A DNA stretch of 64,000 nucleotides. Origin: Chloroflexota bacterium (lineage in GTDB: Bacteria > Chloroflexota > UBA5177). The stretch's first letter is position 1; every line of letters begins with the position of its first letter. The notes under the pieces are model-generated. The model was not told where the DNA came from and did no database searches. It was given only the letters and a program-made list of their open reading frames with translations. Positions 8,702 to 18,579 of the stretch are shown here, piece after piece. Position numbers and translations under genes: made by a program. The stretch covers positions 8,509 through 72,508 of the forward strand of contig DATGJB010000149.1 of the NCBI GenBank assembly GCA_035295425.1. The letters run 5' to 3'.

Positions 8702-9861
8702 TTAAGTCCAACCGGGACGAGTCTGAAGTGCGTCGGACACACACCGTTCGAACCGCTGCATGGCTTATCCATCTCCACCAGCGCGGCGTCTCCTCCCGCC
8801 TCGACCGTCCAGTTGGGAACGAAGCCGGCTGCGTCCGGTCCCACCGCAATGATGCGTCGCCGGCCGGTCAGAGCATCGTAGACCTGCACGTTCCCTTTCG
8901 GGTAGGGCGTCGGATAGTCGGGAGCGAACACGACGTACCTGCCGCCGACCACCCGTGGCAGCTGCGACGACGAGCGCTTCACAGCCACCCGCCGGCCGGT
9001 AGCGAGATTGGCGACGACAATGCCATGAGCGTGTCCAGGGGTGAGACTCCCATGCTCCCATGCGACGATGTTCCCGGAGATCACCGGCGCGAAGTTCGAC
9101 TGCCCGGGAGGAGTCAGGGCACGGACGCGACCCGTTGCGAGATTCTTCACGAAGATTTGGGAGCCTGGGTTGCTCCCCGGCTCTCTCACAAAGATCAGGT
9201 GGTTGCCTGCGATCTCTGGGTCACCATCGAAGTAGTCGATGCCCGATCCCCCGGCGAGGAGCAGGCCCCGTCGACCCGTGGCGAGGGTAAATGACCGGAT
9301 CACCGACATCGTCCGTCCGCGTAACCGCGTCCAACTCTGCCAGACGACCGTCCTACCATCGGTGTTGGCGCCGAGGAAGCGGCTCGGCAATCCCTCCATC
9401 TTTGGGGAATCGAGGAGGATGGCTCGCCCGGTGTCGACGTTCCGGGTGTAGAGCTGCCACTTGTCGTACGGCCTTTCGGAGTCGTACACGAGCCAGCCGG
9501 CGACAAGGGCATACACCACAAGCTGCGCACCGCGGGGACCGTCGAAGAGCACGCGTGGCTCTGACACGGTGATAGAGGTCGAGCGCCGCTGGTAGTCGCG
9601 TATGTACATCCGCACGTCGAACTTGGTAAAGGGCGGTCGACCGCAGCTCACGCAGACCGGACGGTGAAACCGTGGCACGGCTGCCCCGTAGACCACGTGC
9701 CGATCGTCCAGGACAGGACCGCTCCAGGCGACGTTACCCCTCGGAATCGTGAACGTTGCATGGGGTCCGGAGGGTATTGAAACATGCGCCGAGCGTACCG
9801 GATGCGCCTGGAATGCGAGGTAGGCGACCAGCATCACCCCCGCCCACTGGGCTCGAGGCAT
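8698..9861 (-). CDS. Hypothetical secreted protein, beta-propeller-like
   Basis: ATG 9861 follows GAGGAGG with a 6-nt spacer. The N-terminus has a hydrophobic signal-like segment (AGVMLVAYLAFQA). Recurrent ...ATGR...V(A/V)W... segments suggest blades. No family was recognised. Confidence 0.6.
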   Translation of the reverse strand: MPRAQWAGVMLVAYLAFQAHPVRSAHVSIPSGPHATFTIPRGNVAWSGPVLDDRHVVYGAAVPRFHRPVCVSCGRPPFTKFDVRMYIRDYQRRSTSITVSEPRVLFDGPRGAQLVVYALVAGWLVYDSERPYDKWQLYTRNVDTGRAILLDSPKMEGLPSRFLGANTDGRTVVWQSWTRLRGRTMSVIRSFTLATGRRGLLLAGGSGIDYFDGDPEIAGNHLIFVREPGSNPGSQIFVKNLATGRVRALTPPGQSNFAPVISGNIVAWEHGSLTPGHAHGIVVANLATGRRVAVKRSSSQLPRVVGGRYVVFAPDYPTPYPKGNVQVYDALTGRRRIIAVGPDAAGFVPNWTVEAGGDAALVEMDKPCSGSNGVCPTHFRLVPVGLN

Positions 9862-10060
9862 CGTGACCTCCTCGACACGCACCGCTTTCACGCGCATGCC
9901 CCCGTCATCAAGTACAACGCAGCGAAAGGCGGTTCGTTACGCCCCGGGAGCATGTATACAGGTTGCCCGAGGAGGCGGGAGCCGGCTATCGAAAGGGCTC
10001 CGGCTATGCTGAGCGATAATGTCGAGGCCGCTCGGGGAGAGGCGGCGGGAGAACGATCGG

Positions 10061-12346
10061 ATGTTTGCGCGCTGGGGACATTTCGTGTATCGACGCCGTC
10101 GCCTGGTTCTCAGCGCGGCGCTGCCGTTCCTGGTTCTCGCCCTGCTGGGCTTTCGGGTCGGGGTTGCGCCAAACTTCAACGCGCAGCCACCGGTTGAGGC
10201 GGGACGCGCCCTCACCCTGATCGACCGCGAGCTGCCCAAGCTCGGCAACTCCTTCGTGCTGATCTTCACCAGCCGCACCCGGCAGGCGAGCGACCCGGGT
10301 TTCCGCGCCGCGATGCTCGCCGCGCTCGGTCCGCTGGCGCGCGATCCGATCGTCGACTCGGTCGAGACACCGTACAACACCACGGCCGGCGTCGCGCGCG
10401 GTCTCATCTCGACCGACGGTCACCGCGCGCTGGCCCTCGTCTCGGTCAAGGGAAGCAACCGCCAGGCAATCGACGCCTATGCGGCGCTGCGGCGGCAGGT
10501 CCACTCCGCCACCCTCCAGATCGCCACCACCGGCGGCCTGGCCATCTACCACGACTTCAATACCTACCTCAACGGCGACCTGGCACGCACCTCCGGCGCC
10601 ATTCTGCCCATCGCGTTGATCCTGCTCCTCGTCGTCTTCGGGACGGTCGTCGCCGCTGTGCTGCCGCTCGGCGTGGCGGCGCTGGCGTTGATCGCGGGGA
10701 TCAGTGGGGTCTACCTTCTGGGTTTGGTAACCGACATCACGCAGTACGCCACGAACCTCATCGCCCTGATAGGCCTCGGCGTGGCGATCGACTACTCGCT
10801 CTTCATCGTCAGTCGTTTTCGCCACGAGCTGCTGGCCGGCAGGAGTGTGGAGGAAAGCGTCACCATCGCCGTCGCCACTGCCGGGCGCGCCGTTGCCTTC
10901 TCGGGACTGACGGTGGCGATCGGCATCTCCGGCATGTTCTTCTACCAGGGCGTCTATCTGGCCACCATGGGACTGGCCGGGGCGGCCGGCATCTTGTTGG
11001 CGGTTCTCTGCGCGCTGACCTTCCTGCCGGCGTTGCTCGCGGTGCTCGGGCCGCGTGTCAACCGCTGGCGCGTACCCCTGGTGGGCACGGGTAGCGGCGA
11101 GACCGGCTTCTGGCACAGCCTTGCCTTCTGGGTGATGCAACGGCCGGTCTTCGCCCTGATTCCAACTCTCGGCTTCCTCCTCCTGGTCGGCAGTCCGGTT
11201 GTCGCCATCACCCTCGCCAACTCCGATATTCGCTCCCTCCCGCCGCAGGCGCCCTCACGCCAGACAAATGACGTGCTGGCGCGCAGCTTCCCGGGCGAGG
11301 GCCAGAACACTATCGCGGTCGTTCTCTACTATCCGGACGGACGGCCACTCGCCCCGCGCCGGACCGCCTACCTTTACGATCTGACACGGCGCATCGAACG
11401 GCTTCCCGAGGTGCGGCGGGTCAGGAGCCTGCTGGACGCGATCCCCGGCGCATCACGCGCCGCGGCCACGACGCTCCTCGGCGAGCCCGCCGGGAACCAG
11501 CCGCCGGCGCTCCGGCAGGCGATCTACCAGTACGCCGGCACGCACATCGTCGAGCTTGACGTGGAGGCGCACGCGACCGTCCAGAGCGACGCGGCCCGCA
11601 CCCTCGTCCGCACCATTCGATCGCTCCCCTCACCGCCCAGCGGGCAGCATCTGGTCACCGGGGATACCGCGCTCGACATCGACAACATCAGCTACGTCGA
11701 GTCCCGCACCCCCGCCGCGGTCGCTTACATCGTGCTCGTCACCTACGTCGTCCTCTTCCTGCTGGTGGGCTCGCTGGTTCTACCGTTGAAGGCAGTGGTG
11801 ATGAACCTGCTCTCGATTTCCGCCTCGTTCGGCGCGCTGGTTTGGATCTTCCAGCAGGGTCACCTCCGCACGCAGCTGAATTTCACGCCGCAGCCGATCG
11901 ATCCGACGACCATGGTCCTCCTATTCTGCATCGTCTTCGGGCTGTCGATGGACTACGAGGTCTTCTTGCTCACCCGCATCCAGGAGCAGTACCGGAAGGG
12001 GATGGACACGCGTACCGCGGTAGCAGTTGGTCTGGCCCGATCCGGCCGCCTGATCACCGGAGCAGCGGCGATCATGGTCGGCGTTTTCCTGGCCTTCGGT
12101 GGGCTCGCCAATACGGTCATCATCAAGGAGATCGGTCTGGGACTGGCGATCGCGGTGGCGATGGACGCCACGATCGTGCGCGGCGTCGTCGTCCCGGCGC
12201 TCATGCGCCTCCTGGGGCAGATCAACTGGTGGGCGCCCGGTCCGCTGGCACGCGCCTACAGCCGGCTCGGCCTCGCCGAGCAGACCGAGGCGGCGGCGGA
12301 GCCGGCACGGTCTGCGGTCCGGGAAGAGCAGGCGATTATGTCGTGA
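10061..12346 (+). CDS. MMPL family (RND superfamily) membrane transporter
   Basis: The N-terminus MFARWGHFVYRRRRLV is typical of MmpL proteins. There are two 6-TM blocks, and AIDYSLFIVSRFRHEL and MDYEVFLLTRIQE motifs are present. GGGAGA lies 8 nt upstream of ATG 10061. Confidence 0.9.
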   Translation: MFARWGHFVYRRRRLVLSAALPFLVLALLGFRVGVAPNFNAQPPVEAGRALTLIDRELPKLGNSFVLIFTSRTRQASDPGFRAAMLAALGPLARDPIVDSVETPYNTTAGVARGLISTDGHRALALVSVKGSNRQAIDAYAALRRQVHSATLQIATTGGLAIYHDFNTYLNGDLARTSGAILPIALILLLVVFGTVVAAVLPLGVAALALIAGISGVYLLGLVTDITQYATNLIALIGLGVAIDYSLFIVSRFRHELLAGRSVEESVTIAVATAGRAVAFSGLTVAIGISGMFFYQGVYLATMGLAGAAGILLAVLCALTFLPALLAVLGPRVNRWRVPLVGTGSGETGFWHSLAFWVMQRPVFALIPTLGFLLLVGSPVVAITLANSDIRSLPPQAPSRQTNDVLARSFPGEGQNTIAVVLYYPDGRPLAPRRTAYLYDLTRRIERLPEVRRVRSLLDAIPGASRAAATTLLGEPAGNQPPALRQAIYQYAGTHIVELDVEAHATVQSDAARTLVRTIRSLPSPPSGQHLVTGDTALDIDNISYVESRTPAAVAYIVLVTYVVLFLLVGSLVLPLKAVVMNLLSISASFGALVWIFQQGHLRTQLNFTPQPIDPTTMVLLFCIVFGLSMDYEVFLLTRIQEQYRKGMDTRTAVAVGLARSGRLITGAAAIMVGVFLAFGGLANTVIIKEIGLGLAIAVAMDATIVRGVVVPALMRLLGQINWWAPGPLARAYSRLGLAEQTEAAAEPARSAVREEQAIMS

Positions 12347-12437
12347 GGGGCGCGACCACGCTGGGCCTGACTCCCTGACGTGCAGAATGGATCGGGGCAG
12401 CAAACGTCATGGATAGACGACGGGACGAGGTGCAGTG

Positions 12438-14357
12438 TCAGGCGGGTCCCAGCGCTGCCATCTCCTCGGCGTCGAGACCGTAGAGGGCGCAGACTGCCCG
12501 GTCGATACGCCGGTCGAGCGCCCGATCGCAGCCTCCAGTCCGCAGCATCTCCGCCGCCAGCGCTTCCAGCGCCGGCCAGCCTGGATCGTGCTCGGCCGGC
12601 AGCGGCACGGGGAGCGCCTGCATCCTCCCGACTTTGACTTGAGGCAGAACCCGCCCCTCCTCGCCTGCCAGGAGCCGGTAGAGGGCGGTCAGCAGCTGCG
12701 AGTTCAGACAGGCGAGGAGCGGCAGCAGCGAGGCATCGGCTTCGCGGGTGATCGCGATCACGCTGCGCCCCATCGCCATCCGGGAGCGGTCCAGGGTGGC
12801 GACGATGCGGTCTGCCGTCTGGCGGAAGACGACCTTCTCCGGCAGCTCGAACACCGCCTGCCCGTACGAGAGCGTCTCGCCGGGGGCAAGGTACCGCGCC
12901 GGCTCGTGGCGCAGCCAGCCACTGCACCCGATCGCCGTGTAGCGATCGAAGTCCCGGCCGCGATAACGCGGCCGGTCGAGGGGGCTCTCGGCTTCGTCGC
13001 CACCGTAGAGAACACGCCGGCCGGCCGACGCCCGGTTGTAGTTGATGCCGACGTCGCGTACCCGATAGAGATGGGCGAGATCGCCCAACGCCGGGTGAGA
13101 CGCCTGCAGCCGGCGCAGGAGCCGGAGCACGGGAGATGAGCCGACCAGGAAGCCCTCCCGGCCAGAGACGAGTACGGTCGGCGCAACACCTGTCGATTCT
13201 CCCCCCTCCAGCCCGCCCATTCGCTCGTAGCGAGGAACGGCCGGACCGGGCCTGGGCCCGAAGACCAGAGCGCAGGCCGGTGCTGCGGCCCCCGGAAACA
13301 GGCGGTCGCCCAGATGCGCAACATAGTAGGGGTCGAACCGCGCGAGCATGAAGTGGCGGATGTCGGCGTGTGTCTCCTGGGCGAGCATGGCCTGGGGCAG
13401 GACCATGCCGACGGCGCCGTCGGACCGCCGAGCGCCAATGGCCAGGAAGATCTTGAAGGAGTCAAAGCTGCCGAGCGTCTGAATGCCGGCACGCCGCCGC
13501 AGCTCGGCATGCTGCTCGGCGGGATACCGGGCGCCCCACGGAGGATTGCCGACGACCAGGTCGAACCGCCTCCATGGCCGCGGACGCAAGGCAAGCGCAT
13601 CGGCGCAGCGCAGATGGCGCGCCAGGATTTCGGGACGGGCGCCGGTCTCGAGACAGAGTGCGAGGATGGCCAGCCGAACGGCAACGGGATCAAGATCGAC
13701 GCCGTACACGCAGCGCTCTGCGATTACCGCCTCCGGTTGGTCGGACGCTCCGGCCAGAGTACGAACCGCTTCCAGCAGGAAGACGCCGCTCCCCATGGCA
13801 GGATCGAAGACGGTTGGTCCGACATCCGGGGGCACCACCGGGCGTGGAGGCAGGGCCTCAATGGTGCGCTCGACTACCAGTCGAGCCAGGGAACGTGGCG
13901 TGTAGTAGCAGCCATCCGCCTTGCGACGGTCGTTGCCCGGATCGAGGAGCATCCGGCCGGCTTCGAGCCGCGGCTGGCAGGAAAGCACCGCTTCGTAGAT
14001 ACCGGCAATCGCGTCGTACGGGGAAGCGGGACTACCGACAATGGAGGCGGCCAGCTCGCGCTCGCGCCCGGCCAGGATCGGCGGTCTCGGCGCGCTGCAC
14101 CGGCGGAAGTCGACGGTAGCGGACTGGAGCCCGGTGCGGCTCGCCTCACACCCCGACTCTGCGATGAGCTCGGCGCCGGCCGTGACCAGCCGGAGAACGG
14201 ATTGCCGGCAGGCCAGGGTGGGATCGAGTGCCGAGCCTTTGGCGTGCCGGGCAACGAAATCGGTCCCAATCTCCTCGACGGCAGCCCGGATTGCCGCGAC
14301 AGCTGCCGGCTGCCGTCCAGTGCGTGGTATCGGAGCGAGCTCAGTGCTCGATGGCAA
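12438..14357 (-). CDS. N6-adenine DNA methyltransferase, Eco57I/TaqI-like (gamma class), with C-terminal target-recognition region
   Basis: Motif I is FDPAMGSGVFL and motif IV is VVGNPPWG, in gamma-class order. CYYTP lies upstream. I recognised no nuclease motif. Confidence 0.85.
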   Translation of the reverse strand: MPSSTELAPIPRTGRQPAAVAAIRAAVEEIGTDFVARHAKGSALDPTLACRQSVLRLVTAGAELIAESGCEASRTGLQSATVDFRRCSAPRPPILAGRERELAASIVGSPASPYDAIAGIYEAVLSCQPRLEAGRMLLDPGNDRRKADGCYYTPRSLARLVVERTIEALPPRPVVPPDVGPTVFDPAMGSGVFLLEAVRTLAGASDQPEAVIAERCVYGVDLDPVAVRLAILALCLETGARPEILARHLRCADALALRPRPWRRFDLVVGNPPWGARYPAEQHAELRRRAGIQTLGSFDSFKIFLAIGARRSDGAVGMVLPQAMLAQETHADIRHFMLARFDPYYVAHLGDRLFPGAAAPACALVFGPRPGPAVPRYERMGGLEGGESTGVAPTVLVSGREGFLVGSSPVLRLLRRLQASHPALGDLAHLYRVRDVGINYNRASAGRRVLYGGDEAESPLDRPRYRGRDFDRYTAIGCSGWLRHEPARYLAPGETLSYGQAVFELPEKVVFRQTADRIVATLDRSRMAMGRSVIAITREADASLLPLLACLNSQLLTALYRLLAGEEGRVLPQVKVGRMQALPVPLPAEHDPGWPALEALAAEMLRTGGCDRALDRRIDRAVCALYGLDAEEMAALGPA

Positions 14358-14610
14358 CCAGACGAGCGACGCGTCGCTCGAACTCGGTCAGGTCGATCTT
14401 GCCTTCGACGTACAGGTTCTGCAGCCGCTCGATCGGGCTCTGGGCAACCGCCGGCACTCGCTTCTGATGCAGCCACGGCCGGCTCATGAAGTACAGCGGA
14501 ATCCCGACGAGGCAGGCCATCGCCAGGAGGGCCAGTGCCGAGAGAACGACGAAGGCCACCAGCGAGATGACCATCATCAGGGCGAAGAAGAGAATGAGCA
14601 ACCGGAACAT
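14341..14610 (-). CDS. Small two-TM membrane protein with C-terminal SHOCT domain
   Basis: The 89-aa product runs MFRLLILFFALMMVISLVAFVVLSALALLAMACLVGIPLYF... and ends in a SHOCT-like IERLQNLYVEGKIDLTEFERRVARLV. GAGG lies 9 nt upstream. The 3' end overlaps the methyltransferase start by 17 nt. The upstream 136 codons of the listed ORF look non-coding. Confidence 0.7.
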   Translation of the reverse strand: MFRLLILFFALMMVISLVAFVVLSALALLAMACLVGIPLYFMSRPWLHQKRVPAVAQSPIERLQNLYVEGKIDLTEFERRVARLVAIEH

Positions 14611-14947
14611 TGTCACTGCCTCGACCAAAGAACCCAGGGAGATCTCTCCCCTAAGCGTAGCGCTTTGCAGCGCATTCTGTACACCCCGTGAGGCCCTTTC
14701 CAAGCGGCAGCAGCGTCGGTCAGTGAGCCGCATACCTGTCCACCACCGGGCCCAGAACCGGCGCCGCCAGCAGCCCGGTTCAGAGCGCCACGCCGGCAAG
14801 ATCGAGTGCCGGAGAGCGCAGCGGCAGTGGAGCAACCCCACGACTGCCTCCTGGCGCGTGGTCCGCGCCGAGACATGGCGGCCAGCGCCCATCAGTCGCA
14901 TCGGCAACGCCTTGGTAGCAGTCCCACCGGGGTATACCGACATCGGT

Positions 14948-15478
14948 CTATGCGCCGGACGGCGCGCCCTTCGCCTCTTCACCGGCAATGATCTGGTTGC
15001 ATAGCTCGACGCACTCATTGCAAATGTAGACGCCTCCCGGGCCGGCGATCAGGCGGCGAATCTGCTCTTGGTCCTTTCCACAGAAGGAGCAACGGTACGG
15101 TGCCTCGTCCCTGGTCATCGATGTGTCCTTTCCGAGTATCTCCCACCACTCCTCGGCGCTGGGATAGTGGGCCAGTATCTGGCGGCAGGCCTCGAGCTGT
15201 TCGGTGAGACGCTTCCGGTGACGGCACAGAGAGTCCTCGATACGGTCGCGGTTCTCCGCGTGGAGCATCACCCGGATCTCGGGCAGCGGCATCTGGAGCA
15301 AGCGAAGCAGCCGGATCTGTTCGGCGACCCGGATCTGCTCACGGCTGTAGTAGCGGTAGCCGGAGTCGACGTCGACCAGTGCCGGCGGCAAGAGCCCCAT
15401 CCGGTCGTAGACACGCAGCGCCTTGACGGTGAGCCCAGTCTGTTCCGCGAACCGCCCAATCGGCATCAGGTCAGCCAT
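14948..15478 (-). CDS. MerR-family HTH regulator fused to a C-terminal ClpX-type C4 zinc finger
   Basis: The N-terminal [26 protein letters not shown]...YRYY is a MerR HTH. The C-terminal [37 protein letters not shown] matches the ClpX N-terminal zinc-binding domain (CSFCGK...LIAGP...YICxECVxLC). Confidence 0.85.
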   Translation of the reverse strand: MADLMPIGRFAEQTGLTVKALRVYDRMGLLPPALVDVDSGYRYYSREQIRVAEQIRLLRLLQMPLPEIRVMLHAENRDRIEDSLCRHRKRLTEQLEACRQILAHYPSAEEWWEILGKDTSMTRDEAPYRCSFCGKDQEQIRRLIAGPGGVYICNECVELCNQIIAGEEAKGAPSGA

Positions 15479-15497
15479 CGTCGTTTCCCTGGTTCCT

Positions 15498-15528
15498 ACG
15501 CTAAAGCCTGCCCTTGGGTACGAGTCAA
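15498..15528 (-). promoter_or_regulatory. Candidate MerR-type promoter with 19-nt spacer
   Basis: On the minus strand, TTGACT (15528-15523) is followed by a 19-nt spacer and then TAGCGT (15503-15498), about 20 nt upstream of the MerR-like ATG. A CCTTG-N9-CAAGG dyad (15512-15530) overlaps the -35 element and spacer. Confidence 0.3.
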
Positions 15529-15803
15529 GGATCTGACCATGTCGATAGAATTCAATGGGGATACAGCGATAGGCCAGGTCAGGGATCAACTTCTTCCTAT
15601 CTCGAGTGCGGGACTGGCAGCAGTTGCACAGTGGGCCCGCTGCCGGCGCATGTCGCGGGATGACCGGGTGTGGGAAGCGATCTCGAGCCTCGCGGGTCTC
15701 AGCTCGGGACTCCTGTCGTCGCAGAGGCGGTGCCTCGACGAGCGCCCCGATCGGACCAGGCGACGGGCCGATCTGTTCCGGTCAGCAAGCGGATAATGTC
15801 ATC

Positions 15804-16205
15804 ATGACCAGCAGATTCACCGAGCTTGCCATCGACAGTCACCAGCCGCGCCGGCTTGCCGAGTTCTGGTGTGCGGTTCTCGGCTATGAGGTCATCGACG
15901 AGGACGACGACATCATCGAGATCGCCTCCCGGCGTCCCGGCCCAGGGGCGATGCGGGCCGGGCCGGTGCCGCCGACGCTGGTGTTCGTCACAGTGCCGGA
16001 AGGCAAGACGGTGAAGAATCGGGTGCACATCGACGTCAATCCCATCGACTGTAGTCAGGATCAAGAGGTCGAAAGGATTCTGGCACTCGGCGCCCGGCGG
16101 GTCGATATCGGCCAGGGCGAGCAGAGCTGGGTCGTCATGGCCGATCCCGAGGGCAACGAGTTCTGCGTGCTGCGCAGCCTCCACACCAATGACGAAGGGG
16201 CATAA
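15804..16205 (+). CDS. VOC / glyoxalase-like domain protein
   Basis: The 133-aa product has a typical layout: ELAIDSHQPRRLAEFWCAVLGYEV ... KNRVHIDV ... WVVMADPEGNEFCV. Confidence 0.75.
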   Translation: MTSRFTELAIDSHQPRRLAEFWCAVLGYEVIDEDDDIIEIASRRPGPGAMRAGPVPPTLVFVTVPEGKTVKNRVHIDVNPIDCSQDQEVERILALGARRVDIGQGEQSWVVMADPEGNEFCVLRSLHTNDEGA

Positions 16206-16444
16206 CCGGTCGAGGTCAAGCGGCACGAGCCGGCGCAGTACGGAGGATGTGCGCACGTTGCACCGGTGAGAAGGGAGGGCTCAGATTCTCGATCCTATCT
16301 GAATGCGCTGCGGCATGAGGGAAGCAGTCCCAACGGCGACTTCACACTGGCACGGATTCTGCGACACGTCGCCTCGTGATATATTCCCATGCGGCGATCG
16401 CACGGCCGGCGCCCCCGGCTGCCCAACACGGGCCTTTCCCGCCC

Positions 16445-17323
16445 TCAGTCCTGGCTGAATGCTCCCTGCCAGGCGCGTGCCAGCCCTTCACGGCTGGTCG
16501 TAACGACGCGATCGAGGTCGCCCTTCCACAGCGAGTCGGGCACATCGCCGGAGAAGATCTCGACCACATACGGTCCGCGGTACCCGGCTTGGTGAACGGC
16601 ACGCAGCAGCGGCGAGAGCGGGATCTCGCCCTCGCCGACGACGAGGCGATCCTGAAAGGAGCGCGGTGTGCGCCAATCGCTCAGCTGGACCACGAAGATG
16701 CGGTCGCCGCAGGCACGGATTGCCGTTTCCAGGTCGGCGTTTTGCCAGATGTTCCAGGAATCGAGGCAGATGCCGAAGTTCGGCCGGTCGACCGCCTCCA
16801 CCACCTGCATTCCCTGCCGCAGCGTCCAGATCGCCGACTCGACATTCATGATCGTGGCGTTGAGCGGCTCAAGCGCCACCCGCGCGCCCCGCTCGCCCGC
16901 GAAATCGGCCAGGTCCCGATACTTCGTCGCGGCAGTAGCCAGAACCTCCTGCATGTTCCCGCCGGGTGGGTTCCCGGTGTTAGTCACGAACGGCAGTCCG
17001 GATGCCAGTTCGCCAAAGCGCTCGATTGTCTCCCGAAACCGCGCCAGACGCGCTGGAATATCCCTGGGCTCCGGCTGCGACTGGCTGGGGAAAAGCGTCC
17101 TCACCACCGGTTGCACGGAGCTGATGCTCAGACCGTGGGTGGCGATGACGTCGAGCTGGCGGCGGGTACGGGCCGGATCGGTTTCGGGCTCCAGCTTGAA
17201 CTCGCAGACCTCGATTGCCTCGACGCCGAGGCGGGTGTAGCGCTCGACATCCTGCTCGAAGCTCCAGGGCCAGGTAGTGAACTCGCTGACGCCGAAGGCA
17301 TAGGGTGGAGGGCTGGACGGCAT
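16445..17323 (-). CDS. Sugar phosphate isomerase/epimerase (xylose-isomerase-like TIM barrel)
   Basis: The 292-aa product has AP_endonuc_2-like features (GVEAIEV, HGLSISSVQP, VALEPLN, FGICLDSWN). Confidence 0.8.
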   Translation of the reverse strand: MPSSPPPYAFGVSEFTTWPWSFEQDVERYTRLGVEAIEVCEFKLEPETDPARTRRQLDVIATHGLSISSVQPVVRTLFPSQSQPEPRDIPARLARFRETIERFGELASGLPFVTNTGNPPGGNMQEVLATAATKYRDLADFAGERGARVALEPLNATIMNVESAIWTLRQGMQVVEAVDRPNFGICLDSWNIWQNADLETAIRACGDRIFVVQLSDWRTPRSFQDRLVVGEGEIPLSPLLRAVHQAGYRGPYVVEIFSGDVPDSLWKGDLDRVVTTSREGLARAWQGAFSQD

Positions 17324-17478
17324 GGGGAGATGTCCTTTCAGAAACGGAGAGGTCTCTTCACCATATCGCGTCGTGAGATGAAATGAGCTGTTCGCGGCCG
17401 ATCGTGGAATCCTGTGCGGCGAATGGTGCCGCGCCGGATCCTTTGAGACACGGTGAGTGAGGCCAACGGGAGGAGATC

Positions 17479-18579
17479 ATGCAGAGAACGGATGCGCCAA
17501 CCATCGACCGGATCGATGTCTCCGTCTACCGGATACCAACCGAGACCCCGGAGGCGGACGGCACGTTCACCTGGGACGCCACCACCATGGTTCTGGTAGA
17601 AGCACGGGGCGGCGGCGAGTGCGGCATCGGCTATACGTATGCGGACGAAGGAACCGGTCAGCTGATCGTCGATACGCTGGCCGAGGTCGTCCGGGGGCGA
17701 AACGCCATGGACGTACCCGCCGCCTGGGCGGCGATGGTCCACATCATTCGCAATCTCGGCCGGCCCGGTGTCAGCTCGATGGGAATCGCCGCGGTGGATG
17801 TCGCGCTCTGGGACCTCAAGGCACGCCTGCTCGGACTGCCGCTGGTGACGCTCCTCGGGGCCGCCCACGACGCGGCGCCCGTGTACGGCAGTGGTGGCTT
17901 CACCACCTATTCGCTCGACCGGTTGCAGGCCCAGCTCGCCGGCTGGGTCGAGGGCGGCATCCCACGCGTCAAGATGAAGATCGGCACGCAACCCGCCGAT
18001 GATCTGAGTCGGGTGCGGGCAGCCCGGGAGGCGATCGGCCCCAACGCCGAGCTCTACGTCGACGCCAATGGCGCCTACAGCCGGAAGCAGGCGCTGGCCC
18101 AGGCCGAAGCTTTCAGGGAGTGCGGCGTGGTGTGGTTCGAGGAGCCGGTCTCCTCCGACGATCTCGAGGGGCTGAATCTGATCCGGAATCGGGCGCCGGC
18201 CGGTATGAACATCGCGGCCGGAGAGTACGGCTACGATCTCTGGTACTTCCGCCGCATGCTGGAGGCAGGTGCGGTCGATGTGCTCCAGGCGGATGCCTCG
18301 CGCTGCGCCGGCATCACCGGCTTCCTGCGGGTCGGGCCACTCACCGAGTCGCGCAGTATGAATCTCTCGGCGCACTGTGCCCCTTCGCTCCACGTTGCCG
18401 CCTGCTGCGCCACCCAGAATATTCATCCCATGGAGTACTTCTTCGACCACGCCAGGATCGAGCACATGTTCTTCGACGGCGCCCTGACACCGGTCAACGG
18501 TGCGCTCCGGCCCAACCGCACGCGTCCCGGCCTTGGACTGGAATTCAAGCGGGCCGACGCCGGGCGATTTGCGGTATGA
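17479..18579 (+). CDS. Enolase-superfamily enzyme (mandelate racemase / muconate lactonizing family)
   Basis: A KxK motif (RVKMKIG), metal-ligand contexts YVDANGAY, FEEP and AAGEY, and LQADASRCAGIT with a downstream SAHC are present. Confidence 0.85.
   Translation: MQRTDAPTIDRIDVSVYRIPTETPEADGTFTWDATTMVLVEARGGGECGIGYTYADEGTGQLIVDTLAEVVRGRNAMDVPAAWAAMVHIIRNLGRPGVSSMGIAAVDVALWDLKARLLGLPLVTLLGAAHDAAPVYGSGGFTTYSLDRLQAQLAGWVEGGIPRVKMKIGTQPADDLSRVRAAREAIGPNAELYVDANGAYSRKQALAQAEAFRECGVVWFEEPVSSDDLEGLNLIRNRAPAGMNIAAGEYGYDLWYFRRMLEAGAVDVLQADASRCAGITGFLRVGPLTESRSMNLSAHCAPSLHVAACCATQNIHPMEYFFDHARIEHMFFDGALTPVNGALRPNRTRPGLGLEFKRADAGRFAV

Noticed and set aside
10004-11140. 378-aa minus-strand ORF
   Set aside because: It is antisense to the MMPL transporter, a shadow ORF.
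12438-14357. Possibility that the methyltransferase is a type IIG restriction-modification fusion or a BREX PglX
   Set aside because: At 639 aa it is too short for PglX. I could see no PD-(D/E)xK or other nuclease motif, and no PglZ/BrxC-type neighbours are present.
14611-15018. N-terminal 136-codon extension of the SHOCT ORF, and the GGGAGA-TC-TCTCCC dyad at 14637-14650
   Set aside because: The extension is Arg-rich with no features, and the SD-led ATG at 14610 gives a coherent membrane protein. The dyad has 6-bp arms and could be an operator, but I have no supporting evidence.
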